IMG/VR virus record: IMGVR_UViG_2667527676_000002
Span: 29,563 to 93,562 of that record
Source of the DNA: a virus
Taxonomy: Duplodnaviria; Caudoviricetes
DNA: 64,000 nucleotides
Reading direction: 5' to 3' (one strand)
The first letter of the stretch is position 1. Every line of letters begins with the position of its first letter. The position numbers were made by a program, and so were the translations under genes. The notes under the pieces were generated by a model, which was not told the origin of the DNA, did no database searches, and saw nothing but the letters and a program-made list of their open reading frames with translations. This document shows positions 1 through 9,226 of the stretch, one piece after another.

Positions 1-253
1 GTAGGCGCCGTGGTCACATTGCATGGTGGTCACAAGGCAGATGGCCGCTCTGTGGTGGAAACGCCATCTGCCACGATGGCCGGGTGATCGGTATCCCTGA
101 TCACCCGACCGTTACAGCCAGCAGCTCTGTGGTGGAGAGGCTGGCAACCCCGAGGCATCCGTGCTTCGGGTCTGGGAAGCTCGGCCGGCTGTGGTGGTAC
201 TTAGCGTGCTGCTCCAGCCGGCCTGGCTCCCCTCCCTCGGTGGTGGCGAGGGA

Positions 254-490
254 CTAAGCTGCTTTCCTAGAGTGCTTATCTGGAAATGGAAATAGGTCTG
301 GCAGGTCCGGCCGTAATTCATGTGCAGCAACAGCACCTTTGCATGCTCGCACTACGGCAGGCACACGCTCAGCAGGCACCCCGCGCTTTTTCCATTGGGA
401 AACAGCCATCGGGCTAAGCCCCATTGCTTGCGCGAGCGCCCGACCACCTCCAGCAGCGCTAATCGCCTTTTCCAATGCAGATTGATCCAT
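254..490 (-). CDS. cro: Cro/YdaS-like HTH regulator
   Basis: MDQSALEKAISAAGGGRALAQAMGLSPMAVSQWKKRG...ELRPDL; divergent from the repressor. Confidence 0.85.
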   Translation of the reverse strand: MDQSALEKAISAAGGGRALAQAMGLSPMAVSQWKKRGVPAERVPAVVRACKGAVAAHELRPDLPDLFPFPDKHSRKAA

Positions 491-551
491 AAACGCACCG
501 TTTTCTTCGCATTCGTTAATACACATTACGTTTATTTAAACGCAATGTCTA
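490..551. promoter_or_regulatory. Three operator-like imperfect palindromes (TAAAC-N5-GTTTA)
   Basis: TAAACGCACCGTTTT 490-504, TACACATTACGTTTA 520-534, TAAACGCAATGTCTA 537-551; same motif at 1319-1333 and 1344-1358. Confidence 0.65.
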
Positions 552-571
552 CCCCTGTAAACTCTGAGTTT

Positions 572-1312
572 ATGAGCACATCCGGCACCAGATTGCGCGG
601 CCTCCTCGATGAGAGAGGAATCGCCTATAGCGAGTTCGCAGCAGCGCTAGGCGTTGAGCCCCAACACGTCAACAATTGGTTCAAGCGCGGGATTCCAAAG
701 GCCCGCGTTTTCGCTATTGCTGACGCACTAGCCGTCAATCCTCGCTGGCTGAGCGATGGAACAGATAGCGAATCTCCATCGAATTCCCTAGCCACAGGCG
801 GTGAAAGCTCCCTGCTCTCTCCCCTCGAGCCCTGGGATGACAGAACGCCCCTAGAACCGGACGAGGTTGAAGTGCCGCTGTACAAGGAAGTTGAGCTATC
901 CGCCGGAGCCGGCCGAACAGCGGTGCGTGAGATTAAGGGGAGAAAGCTGCGATTCTCCTACGCTACGCTTCGAAATGCCGGAGTCTCCCCTTCGGCGGCT
1001 TTCTGCGCCACGGTCAGCGGGAACAGCATGGAGCCATTGATTATGAATGGCGCCACCATCGGAGTGGACAAGAGCGCAACCCGCATTCTGGACGGCGAAA
1101 TCTACGCCCTTGAACATGACGGAATGCTACGAGTGAAATACCTATATCGCCTGCCAGCGGGCGGTATGCGCCTGCGGAGCTTCAACACAACAGAGCACCC
1201 AGACGAAGAATACTCAGCCGAGCAGATCGAGACCCAACAAATCCGAATCCTTGGTTGGGTATTTTGGTGGTCGACGCTCCGAAAAAAGAAAGGCCTTGCC
1301 TTCGACCAATAA
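572..1312 (+). CDS. cI: CI-type repressor, HTH + S24 peptidase (PrtR-like C-terminal domain)
   Basis: HTH N-terminus, SAGAG cleavage site, GNSMEP serine, RVK lysine, GWVFWWS end; start uncertain (545 or 572). Confidence 0.9.
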   Translation: MSTSGTRLRGLLDERGIAYSEFAAALGVEPQHVNNWFKRGIPKARVFAIADALAVNPRWLSDGTDSESPSNSLATGGESSLLSPLEPWDDRTPLEPDEVEVPLYKEVELSAGAGRTAVREIKGRKLRFSYATLRNAGVSPSAAFCATVSGNSMEPLIMNGATIGVDKSATRILDGEIYALEHDGMLRVKYLYRLPAGGMRLRSFNTTEHPDEEYSAEQIETQQIRILGWVFWWSTLRKKKGLAFDQ

Positions 1313-1318
1313 ACAAAA

Positions 1319-1360
1319 TAAACAAAACGTATTGACCAAGCCTTAAACGTTGCGTTTAAT
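1319..1360 (+). promoter_or_regulatory. Early promoter overlapped by operators
   Basis: TTGACC 1332-1337, 17 bp, TTTAAT 1355-1360; palindrome TAAACGTTGCGTTTA 1344-1358. Confidence 0.65.
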
Positions 1361-1396
1361 TACCTCGACTCTCCACCACAGAGACGAGGTAACACC

Positions 1397-1588
1397 ATGC
1401 AACGTTCCGCCACGGTACACGTCCACCCGGCCTGTACCTCTTCCCCCCAGCAGATCCAACGCCTCCAGGCCGACACTGGCTGCCTTGTCGTCATCTTCAA
1501 CGGCAAAGCCCAGCTCGTTGCCAGCCGTACCCCGGGCCGCCGTCATGCGGTAACCGCCACCTCCCCGTTTGGAGGTGACGCGGCATGA
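1397..1588 (+). CDS. Hypothetical early protein
   Basis: GAGG RBS; ATGA overlap with the next gene. Confidence 0.6.
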   Translation: MQRSATVHVHPACTSSPQQIQRLQADTGCLVVIFNGKAQLVASRTPGRRHAVTATSPFGGDAA

Positions 1589-1896
1589 CCTACGCACTCC
1601 GCCAACCATCCTTTGTGCGGCTCAAGGCTCAACTCAGCCTCAATGGCCGTTTCAACCACGCCCTCTACGATGCCGAAACCCGTCAGGCAGTCCACGCCAC
1701 TCTTGACATTGAGCGCGGCGCTGAACAGGTCCACGTCGTCGTTCGAATGGGCTCCACGCTGAATAGCCTGGGCCTCCCGGTCGACGCCCCTTCCAACGCC
1801 AACACCGTGGCCGACTACCTCGAGTCCATCGCGAATGGCCGCTTGGACACGGCGGACGACACCCCGGCTCGCCGCCGTTTCGACCAGGCTGCGTAG
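1585..1896 (+). CDS. Hypothetical early protein
   Basis: GGAGG RBS, coupled operon. Confidence 0.65.
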   Translation: MTYALRQPSFVRLKAQLSLNGRFNHALYDAETRQAVHATLDIERGAEQVHVVVRMGSTLNSLGLPVDAPSNANTVADYLESIANGRLDTADDTPARRRFDQAA

Positions 1897-1905
1897 GGGG
1901 CCGCG

Positions 1906-2199
1906 ATGAAAGACTTGTCCCTGCACCAGGCCGCGCAGCGCCTCGGCCTGAGCCGTCCCGAGCTGATCAAGCGAATGAAGGCGACCGGCCTGCTCGACAG
2001 CAGCAACCTTCCAGCCGTACCGGTCCGCGACCGCCTCTACCTGCGCGCAAAGGAAACGTCCTGGCACCACCCCGAACTCGGCATGCAGTACAGCCACTCG
2101 ACGAAAGTGCGCCCGGCCGGAGTGGCATGGCTGGCCGACAAGCTCGGCATCCCCCGAGTCTGCCCGCCGGCGGTCCCGGACCGCCGCGAGGTTGGCTGA
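1906..2199 (+). CDS. Antirepressor KilAC/ANT-like DNA-binding protein
   Basis: N-terminal HTH-like segment, TKVRPAGVAWL resembles the ANT domain end. Confidence 0.6.
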   Translation: MKDLSLHQAAQRLGLSRPELIKRMKATGLLDSSNLPAVPVRDRLYLRAKETSWHHPELGMQYSHSTKVRPAGVAWLADKLGIPRVCPPAVPDRREVG

Positions 2200-2353
2200 C
2201 GAGCCCCGGCCCCGCGAATACGCCCGCCAGATCGTCGCCCTTCGAACCAAAGAGGAACGCAGGGCGGCCCTGGAGCGGGTGCCGGAACACCTTCGGGAAC
2301 TTGTACGAACCCACGTAGAGATCGCCTGGAACCACCCCAAGGGGAACAAATGA
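2192..2353 (+). CDS. Small 53-aa phage protein (absent from ORF track)
   Basis: TTG start, MADEPRPREYARQIVALRTKEERRAALERVPEHLRELVRTHVEIAW; fills the gap, ATGA overlap at 2350. Confidence 0.55.
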   Translation: MADEPRPREYARQIVALRTKEERRAALERVPEHLRELVRTHVEIAWNHPKGNK

Positions 2354-2580
2354 ACAACGCACGCCGACGCCAACTGCAACAGATCACCGCTCAACTCGAA
2401 GAGATCCGCGAGCAGATCGAAACCCTGGCTAGCGAGGAGGAGGAGGCCCTGGACGCTATGCCCGAGAGCCTGCAAGACAGCAACCGCGGAGCGCGCATGG
2501 AAGAGATCGTCGACCAACTCAACGAAGCAGCCAGCGGCATCGAGGACGCGGTAGCCGTGCTCAACGAGGCCGCCGCATGA
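2350..2580 (+). CDS. Acidic coiled-coil hypothetical protein
   Basis: Coupled operon, helical heptads. Confidence 0.7.
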   Translation: MNNARRRQLQQITAQLEEIREQIETLASEEEEALDAMPESLQDSNRGARMEEIVDQLNEAASGIEDAVAVLNEAAA

Positions 2581-2894
2581 GCACTCCTCACGACAACCAG
2601 CCCGAGCTTCGCCTCACTCCGGCCCCGCGCCCAGAGACAGTGGAACTCCTCTACCGCACCTTCGGCGACGTACTGATTCCGCTGGAGCAACTGCGCACCA
2701 GGTACTTCAGGAACCTCAACGAAGACAGCTTCAGCCTGGCCATCAAGGCCAAGCGGATAGCCCTCCCGCTGACCACCCTGGACCCCAGCCGCAAAGCGCC
2801 TTTGTTCGTTGACGTGCGCCACCTTGCGGCCCTGATCGACTCCCGAGCCTGGCAGGCCGACGAGGCATATGCCCGACCCGGCAGTAACGAGTAA
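2577..2894 (+). CDS. prtN: Pyocin activator PrtN-family protein
   Basis: [29 protein letters not shown]...[10 protein letters not shown] closely resembles recalled PrtN. Confidence 0.8.
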   Translation: MSTPHDNQPELRLTPAPRPETVELLYRTFGDVLIPLEQLRTRYFRNLNEDSFSLAIKAKRIALPLTTLDPSRKAPLFVDVRHLAALIDSRAWQADEAYARPGSNE

Positions 2895-2944
2895 CCACAC
2901 CGGCCGCCACCACCGGCCATCCACCACCAATGGAGAAAACCACC

Positions 2945-3571
2945 ATGCATACCCAACACATCATTCTCGCGGCCGCCACGCTTGCCGCGCTGCTGATCCT
3001 GATCACCACCGCCTACCTTGCCGGGCGCAAGGACAGAAAGAACGCGCAACAGCAGGCGGTCGACGAGGCGCTCTATCTCTGCCGCGTCTCGCACGGCCAG
3101 GAACTGACTGCGCTGCATACCGACCTGATCAAGCTGCGCACCAATGCCCAGCGCCTGCAACAGGTCATAGATGAGCAGGAGGAAGAGATCAGCGACCAGA
3201 AGGAGCTCCGTCAAAGCATCGAAGCCGAGGCCACCGAGAAACTTGCGGATTGGCAGCAGCGCCACGAAGAGCAACAAGCGGAACTGAAGCGCCTGGAGAC
3301 GGAGCTGGAGACAAGCATCGCGACCAATCATCGGCAGGCTGAGACCGCGAAGCTCCTCCGCGAGCAGAACTTGGCCGCCGAAGAACTGGACGCCATCCGC
3401 ACCGCCAGTCGCCTCCTCAGCGGCCACGCTCGACAGTTCCAAAAGACCGGCACCACCAAGCGCAACGCAGACGCCGAAGCCCAACAGCAGCTCGCCGCGA
3501 TCCTCCAGCGGCTCGCCATCACGGAACTGGCCAGCCAGAGCGCAGAAGCTGAAGCGCAGGAGGCGGCATGA
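2945..3571 (+). CDS. Membrane-anchored coiled-coil protein
   Basis: N-terminal hydrophobic helix, long Q/E-rich coil, GGAG RBS. Confidence 0.7.
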   Translation: MHTQHIILAAATLAALLILITTAYLAGRKDRKNAQQQAVDEALYLCRVSHGQELTALHTDLIKLRTNAQRLQQVIDEQEEEISDQKELRQSIEAEATEKLADWQQRHEEQQAELKRLETELETSIATNHRQAETAKLLREQNLAAEELDAIRTASRLLSGHARQFQKTGTTKRNADAEAQQQLAAILQRLAITELASQSAEAEAQEAA

Positions 3572-3807
3572 ACTACTCCAGCCTCTCCACCTACGACCTG
3601 CTGAAGCACCGCAGCCACCACGTCGACAGCCTGACCCGCCTGCGCCGCTCCCAGCCACAGTGGGACGAGGACGATGCTCGACGCGGGGAAATCACGATGG
3701 CCGATATCAGCGACCAGATCCGCGAGATCGATGACCACCTTCGTCCGAGCGGCTGGGAGTCAGTCGACCTCGACTACTCCGGCGACACCGCACCGATGTG
3801 CATGTGA
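3568..3807 (+). CDS. Hypothetical protein
   Basis: ATGA overlap, GGAGG RBS. Confidence 0.6.
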   Translation: MNYSSLSTYDLLKHRSHHVDSLTRLRRSQPQWDEDDARRGEITMADISDQIREIDDHLRPSGWESVDLDYSGDTAPMCM

Positions 3808-3816
3808 GGCAGCGCG

Positions 3817-4296
3817 ATGACTACTATCCCGGCTAGCCGCGTAGCGGCACAAGACCAGGGCGCCGCCCTGGCACACGCCACCCACAGCACCCAAGCCCCG
3901 GCCGCGCAAAAGCGCGGCGGCGGCCTGGCACGTCGCATCCAACTGATCGCCATCGCCCAAGGCCGCCAACCGATGCCCGAGGGTGGCGCTATAGAAAGCC
4001 ACTGCTGCGCAGCAGCAGGCATATTCCAACCCAACCTTCAGCACACGCCGAAGGCACGCATACCCCACGAAAGGCTGCGCCGGGGCGCGAAGCACATAGC
4101 CACGCTTCGCTTAATGACTCGCTCGCCCGCGCAGCTTGTCGAGGGGGGAAAGCGCCCACCGAAGCCCACCGATAACGCACTGATCCGCACGCTGTGCGCG
4201 CAGATCCGCGAGCAGAACCAAGAGATTGCCGCGCTGCGCATCGCGAACACCGACCTCCTCCAGCGCCTGGAGAAAGCCGAAGGGGGACGGGCATGA
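3817..4296 (+). CDS. Hypothetical protein
   Basis: GAGG RBS, C-terminal coil, ATGA overlap with the MTase. Confidence 0.55.
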   Translation: MTTIPASRVAAQDQGAALAHATHSTQAPAAQKRGGGLARRIQLIAIAQGRQPMPEGGAIESHCCAAAGIFQPNLQHTPKARIPHERLRRGAKHIATLRLMTRSPAQLVEGGKRPPKPTDNALIRTLCAQIREQNQEIAALRIANTDLLQRLEKAEGGRA

Positions 4297-6128
4297 GCAG
4301 CTTCCAGCAGCACCTCCACCAAGCAGCCCAACAGCGCGCCCTCCCGTTCCAGAAAGAGCTTTATGTCGACCTCTTCGCCGGCGCCGGCGGCGCAAGCAGC
4401 GGGGGCGCTCGTGTCTATCGAGATCCAGACATTGCGATCAACCACAACCCCATTGCCATTGCCGTTCACCGAGCCAATCACCCGAACACCCTCCACTTCA
4501 GGACAGACGTTTTCGAGGTAGATCCGCTAGAGGCAACCGGCGGGCAACCCGTGGGCATTCTGTGGGCCTCGCCCGATTGCCGCCACTTCAGCAAGGCCAA
4601 GGGCGGCGCGCCTCGCAGCAAGCGGGTCCGCTCCCTCGCCTGGGTCGTGGTCCGCTGGGTACACGCGACGCGCCCACGTATGTTCTTCCTTGAGAATGTG
4701 GAGGAGTTCCAAGACTGGGGACCGCTCGACGAATCCGGCAAACCGATCAAGAGCGAGGCTGGTCGCACGTTCAGGGCATTCATCGCTTGCCTGACCACTG
4801 GCTTGGCCCAGGACCACCCAGACATGTCCGAGATACTCGACGCAATCGGGCTGTGGGTTCCCAAACAAGCACTAGTGCGCGGCCTGGGCTGTGATGTTCA
4901 GTGGCGTGAACGCCGAGCAGCCAACGCCGGCGCCCCGACAATCCGCAAACGCCTGTTCATGATCGGCCGCACCGACGGACGCCCCATCGTCTGGACCTCC
5001 CCGAAACGTCACCAGACTCCGCAGCCGGGTCAGCTACCTTGGCGCTCTGCCGCTGAGTGCATCGACTGGAGCGACCTGGGCACCAGCCTGTTTGATCGCG
5101 CCCGACCACTGGTAGACAACACCTGCCGCAGGGTGGCCAAGGGGTTCTGGAGGCACACCGTCATGGCCGACCAGCCCTACCTTGTCCCGATGGATGCTCA
5201 ACACCTGGCGGCGGCCAGCCTCACGGAATTCGCCAACGCGAGCAGCCAACGCACCTTCAGCGTGGCCGAGCCCCTGCGGACGCAAGTCGCCCAGGTCAAG
5301 GGCGGACACTTCGCACTGTCAGCCGCAACGCTGGTGGAGATCGGCTACGGCGAGCGAGCCGGACAAGCTCCCCGCGCCCCCGGTTTGGCCAAGCCTCTAG
5401 GCACCGTCGTGGCGAGCAGTCGAAAGCACGCCCTAGTCACCGCAGCGATGGTGACACTGCGCAAGGGCTCTGTGGGCAATGGACTCCTTCAGCCGATGAA
5501 CTCCATTACCACCGGAAGCGGGCACCACGCCATCGCTGCATGCCACTTCGAGCAAGCCAACGGAGGGTTCTATACCGGTGACGGCCGGGCTGCCGATGCG
5601 CCACTCAGTACGATCCTGGGACGCGGTACGAACCAACGCCTGGCTACTGCGTACCTGGTGAAATACTACGGCACCGGGCACAACTGTCAGGACTTACGCG
5701 AGCCCATGCATACGCTTCCCACCAGAGAGCGCATGGCCCTAGTTACGGTTACCAAGGTTCCTGCCAGCATCCTGCCGCCCGAGCTGCTGGAGCGCGCAAA
5801 GCGGTGCGCGGAGTTCCTACGCAAGTATCTGCCGGAGCACTTCAGCGAGCCAGCCGACGTCGTGCTACTGGGGGACTACGCCCTGGTGGACTTCACCCTA
5901 CGCATGCTCAAGGCGCCGGAGCTGAAGATGGCGCAGGGCTTCAGCCCCGATTACATCATTGATCGCGGCTTGTTCGAGACCGTCGATGGACAACTCGAAT
6001 GGCGCCCCATCAACAACACCGAACAAATCCGCCTCATCGGCAACAGTGTTTGCCCGGATGAAGCGGAAGACCTCATCGCCGCCAACGCCGCGGACCTGAT
6101 CGACCTATACCAACGGGAGGCAGCATGA
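4293..6128 (+). CDS. Orphan DNA cytosine-C5 methyltransferase
   Basis: DLFAGAGG (I), SPDCRHFS (IV), LENVEEF (VI), RKRLF (VIII), AQGF (IX), GNSVCP (X). Confidence 0.9.
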   Translation: MSSFQQHLHQAAQQRALPFQKELYVDLFAGAGGASSGGARVYRDPDIAINHNPIAIAVHRANHPNTLHFRTDVFEVDPLEATGGQPVGILWASPDCRHFSKAKGGAPRSKRVRSLAWVVVRWVHATRPRMFFLENVEEFQDWGPLDESGKPIKSEAGRTFRAFIACLTTGLAQDHPDMSEILDAIGLWVPKQALVRGLGCDVQWRERRAANAGAPTIRKRLFMIGRTDGRPIVWTSPKRHQTPQPGQLPWRSAAECIDWSDLGTSLFDRARPLVDNTCRRVAKGFWRHTVMADQPYLVPMDAQHLAAASLTEFANASSQRTFSVAEPLRTQVAQVKGGHFALSAATLVEIGYGERAGQAPRAPGLAKPLGTVVASSRKHALVTAAMVTLRKGSVGNGLLQPMNSITTGSGHHAIAACHFEQANGGFYTGDGRAADAPLSTILGRGTNQRLATAYLVKYYGTGHNCQDLREPMHTLPTRERMALVTVTKVPASILPPELLERAKRCAEFLRKYLPEHFSEPADVVLLGDYALVDFTLRMLKAPELKMAQGFSPDYIIDRGLFETVDGQLEWRPINNTEQIRLIGNSVCPDEAEDLIAANAADLIDLYQREAA

Positions 6129-6130
6129 GT

Positions 6131-6772
6131 TTACTCTCTATCAGAGTGCAGCAAGGCCAGACTAGCTTCCAAGTTTTTTCGCCAACCCGCCAACTCTTTA
6201 AGTTTTTGCTGTGCCTGCCCTGGAATATCACTGACATCAATCCCTTGAGTGAAATCTTTGGCTTCAAGTTTTTCTGCTGCAAGCTCGCAGAATACTGCAA
6301 TCTGGCGAAGACCAAGGACGACAAATACCAGCTCACTACCAAAAACCGTAACGGGCACTCCTTCCAACAGCGTCACCGTATCCTTGAGCTCCCTACGCAG
6401 AACAGCATCAGCTTTCACTGTCGAAAGTCCAGCTTTACTTGCCTCCCTAGCCAATCGATACATCAGTTGCTCAAAGTGACACACCAGAGAATATGCAGCC
6501 CCACTGTTACTGCATTTTGCGAAACGCTCCTCGGCGTGCCGATCTGCAATGCTCTTCCGCGTCTGGAAGTAGGGGACACCTATAGCAACAGCTATCGCAA
6601 GAAAGCCACCCAGAGCCTGAGCCCAACCCGCAGTATCAGCCGGAAGGTACCCATTTTTCACCCAATAAGCAGTACTGCCGACCAGCAACCACAAACTGGC
6701 ACTGACAAAAAACAACCACCAAATCGCCCATATTGTCCGTTCAACCAACGTCGACGGAATTTCTACCTTCAA
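6131..6772 (-). CDS. Moron: two-TM membrane protein
   Basis: Opposite strand, AT-richer, two hydrophobic helices. Confidence 0.7.
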   Translation of the reverse strand: MKVEIPSTLVERTIWAIWWLFFVSASLWLLVGSTAYWVKNGYLPADTAGWAQALGGFLAIAVAIGVPYFQTRKSIADRHAEERFAKCSNSGAAYSLVCHFEQLMYRLAREASKAGLSTVKADAVLRRELKDTVTLLEGVPVTVFGSELVFVVLGLRQIAVFCELAAEKLEAKDFTQGIDVSDIPGQAQQKLKELAGWRKNLEASLALLHSDRE

Positions 6773-6900
6773 GATGAACTCCCTTTATCGGCAAAGCTGG
6801 ATGGAGATTGCTTACTTGTAGATCATTGGTCGAGAGGTAGCCATATAATCGACCTGAGCGACCAGATGCATGCCAGACAAAAGCAGAAGGAGGACGGAGC

Positions 6901-7023
6901 ATGCAAAGAACAGTGACCGCCCTCTGCATCATCGTCGCCACCCTCGGCCTAGTCGCAGTGTTCGCGGCGGAGGTATTCCCGAGCCTCCGCACGCTGGCCG
7001 TCTGGCAAGCGGGGTGCTACTGA
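6901..7023 (+). CDS. 40-aa membrane peptide (absent from ORF track)
   Basis: GGAGG RBS; MQRTVTALCIIVATLGLVAVFAAEVFPSLRTLAVWQAGCY; homolog at 62085-62207; TGATG overlap with xis. Confidence 0.65.
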   Translation: MQRTVTALCIIVATLGLVAVFAAEVFPSLRTLAVWQAGCY

Positions 7024-7298
7024 TGAATACCCTGTTCCTTCTCATGGCCCAGTACAACGGCCTCGCCATCATCCCGCTGAATAGAGTATGCGCCGACTAC
7101 TTCAGTCACCTGACTGTCGAGCAGTTCCAGCGGAAGGTCCTGGCCGGACAGATCCAGATCCCTATCACACGGATCGAGTCCAGCCAGAAGGCTGCCAGAG
7201 GCATTCACTTGGCGGACCTGGCGGCGTATCTGGACAAACAGCGCGAGGTCGCCCTGAAAGACCATGAACGGCTAAACCGAGCCCGGCCGGCGGCCTGA
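7023..7298 (+). CDS. PrtN-family excisionase-like protein
   Basis: MNTLFLLMAQYNGLAIIPLNRVCADYF; convergent with the integrase; homolog at 62666. Confidence 0.8.
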   Translation: MNTLFLLMAQYNGLAIIPLNRVCADYFSHLTVEQFQRKVLAGQIQIPITRIESSQKAARGIHLADLAAYLDKQREVALKDHERLNRARPAA

Positions 7299-8426
7299 CT
7301 TCTTCTTGGAAACCCATTCCCCGAAGGACACCGGCATCGCCAAGACCTTCGGGAACCATTCCCAGCCAGCATATTTATCGCCAGACCCACGCAGATGGGT
7401 ATATCGCCGAAGAGAGTTCCAATCTCGGTGCCCGCTGACCGAAGCCACCTTGGGAATGTCCCACTCCAGCTCAAACAGCCGACTGATCGCTTCGTGGCGC
7501 AGATCGTGAAACGTCAGATCCTCTATACCTGCGGCAGTGATCGCGCGACTCCATGCCCCCTGAATCGCATCGGTGGTGTATGGAAATATCTCGTCAAAGG
7601 CCCGCGGCATACTCTTGATGACCGCCATTGCCTCCTCGGGTAGCTGACACCACACGTCGTTACCCCACTTGTCACCTGGGTTCTTCATATCCCGGACTAG
7701 GACGGCGCCCCGGGCCTCGTCCAGGTCTGCCCACCGGATACGGATGATCTCCTCCTGCCTTCGGCTGGAGAACAATGCAAAGGCAGCAACCTTCGCCATG
7801 CACATCGAGGTCGGTCGCGATCGCCATGAGCGCTCGAACGCCTGGAACAACCGATCCAACTCATCAAGTGTCGGGCGCCGATCACGCTCCCTGCTGCGCA
7901 ACTTGTAACCCAGGTTCTTGAGAACCCTGCGGGCTCTCGCCATAACGTCCGGGTCGACTTGATACCCCCAGGCTGCCTCCGCCACTCCTAACACCGACCC
8001 AAGATGTGCCAGGTCATTGGCAACTGTCTGCGCCTTCACCCCTCCCCCGTCCGGCCCCATACGCCACAGCGCATAGTCAACGAGCACCTGACTGGTGATA
8101 TCCCGGTCGATGGTATCGCCCAGGTGGGAAGCGGCGATGGCGGTCAGCGTGGCGATCTTGGTCTTACCCAGCGGGCGAGTCTTATCCCGGTCGGCCAGGT
8201 ACTGGGCGATGATGTTCCGAAGCAGTACCCCCTTTTTCGTCGCCCGCTCCAAGCCACCGGGCTCGGCCAATTCAGCCTCCCGACGGAGCGCCCATGCTTC
8301 AGCGGCCTTTTTCCGGCTGAAACTTGCGCTCTCCTGATAGACTTGCGCGCCTCCGCGCTTGATACGAATCTGCGCGGTGTACATCACCGTTCCATCGGCG
8401 TTGCGCCGAGCGCGAATAGTGGCCAT
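7272..8426 (-). CDS. int: Tyrosine integrase (dusA-associated type)
   Basis: SSRRQEEI, FHDLRHEAISRL, SGHRDW, RRYTHL catalytic motifs; next to the dusA stub. Confidence 0.93.
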   Translation of the reverse strand: MATIRARRNADGTVMYTAQIRIKRGGAQVYQESASFSRKKAAEAWALRREAELAEPGGLERATKKGVLLRNIIAQYLADRDKTRPLGKTKIATLTAIAASHLGDTIDRDITSQVLVDYALWRMGPDGGGVKAQTVANDLAHLGSVLGVAEAAWGYQVDPDVMARARRVLKNLGYKLRSRERDRRPTLDELDRLFQAFERSWRSRPTSMCMAKVAAFALFSSRRQEEIIRIRWADLDEARGAVLVRDMKNPGDKWGNDVWCQLPEEAMAVIKSMPRAFDEIFPYTTDAIQGAWSRAITAAGIEDLTFHDLRHEAISRLFELEWDIPKVASVSGHRDWNSLRRYTHLRGSGDKYAGWEWFPKVLAMPVSFGEWVSKKKSGRRPGSV

Positions 8427-8443
8427 CGTAACTCCCGGTCCCG

Positions 8444-8481
8444 GTGGTAAAAGGCGTTAGGCGAGTGGTAATTTTTACCAC
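8444..8481. repeat. Putative integrase arm-type sites
   Basis: GTGGTAAAA 8444-8452, GTGGTAA 8465-8471, inverted TTTTACCAC 8473-8481. Confidence 0.5.
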
Positions 8482-8545
8482 CAACCCGCCAAATATGCCC
8501 GAAAACCCCGAAAAACGCACCGATAAAGCGCACACAAAAGACCTG

Positions 8546-8620
8546 ATGAATCAAGCCTCAACGCCAGCAATGACGCGCCCTACACTGTCCCGCCGCTTTT
8601 CCGTTGCGCCGATGATGGAT
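8546..8620 (+). pseudogene. dusA: Replacement dusA 5' end / att junction between the two elements
   Basis: Encodes LSRRFSVAPMMD, the DusA N-terminal motif; the expected WTDRH is replaced by AT-rich DNA. Confidence 0.8.
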
Positions 8621-8750
8621 CGGTCAAACTATAAAAAATTACCTAATAAAATCATATAGATACGAAATAAACTCAATTTGCTGTAGCAAATCCGTAGCAA
8701 AGTCATCCTAGCCGCGGATCTCCTATAGGCCCTTTCACTAGCACCAGCGG

Positions 8751-9134
8751 CTAGCGGGGCGGATAGGTCAATACCGCCAACGCCAGTTGCAGATCACTGT
8801 AGCGCGCAAGCTCGGCGCGCTGGCGCAAGGTGTCCAGCACCGATTGCAGCATCGCACCGCGGATCGCGCCGTTGCTAGCGATGAAAGCGGCCGCATCGTC
8901 ATGCGCCAGCTTGAGCTTCCGGTCGTAGCTGCTGATTTCCTTGGATACGTCTCCAGAGAGTTCTGTACCTTCTCTTGGGTCGCTGGTGCCGATGGTCGTT
9001 GTCGCCAGCAATATCGAACTGTAGAAACTGCTGGCAATAACGGGGTGGTCCTGCCTATCCCGCGTTAGGTCAATCCCGGCGTGGACAGGCAGGCATACCA
9101 GTAGTTTGACCAGCAGCAAGAGCTTGGATGACAT
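8751..9134 (-). CDS. DUF2388-family protein with signal peptide
   Basis: AHDDAAAFIASNGAIRGAML motif. Confidence 0.7.
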   Translation of the reverse strand: MSSKLLLLVKLLVCLPVHAGIDLTRDRQDHPVIASSFYSSILLATTTIGTSDPREGTELSGDVSKEISSYDRKLKLAHDDAAAFIASNGAIRGAMLQSVLDTLRQRAELARYSDLQLALAVLTYPPR

Positions 9135-9226
9135 GAAAAGCCCCGATTGAATGCCATCCTTTCGTTGCCATCTTTGGCCAGGCATAGTGATATCGCAGCT
9201 TTCCGCCCTAGCGCTTGCTGCCGCCA

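Larger units (their letters stand above)
1..8620. mobile_element. Prophage/integrative element 1, partial (early genes, MTase, xis, dusA-associated integrase)
   Basis: Divergent cro/cI, overlapping early operon, tyrosine integrase next to a dusA 5' stub. Confidence 0.85.

Noticed and set aside
6125-6916. 263-aa plus-strand ORF after the MTase
   Set aside because: Shadow of the minus-strand membrane gene; no protein-like features
8444-8659. 71-aa ORF as a standalone gene
   Set aside because: Chimera of the dusA stub and prophage 2 att DNA
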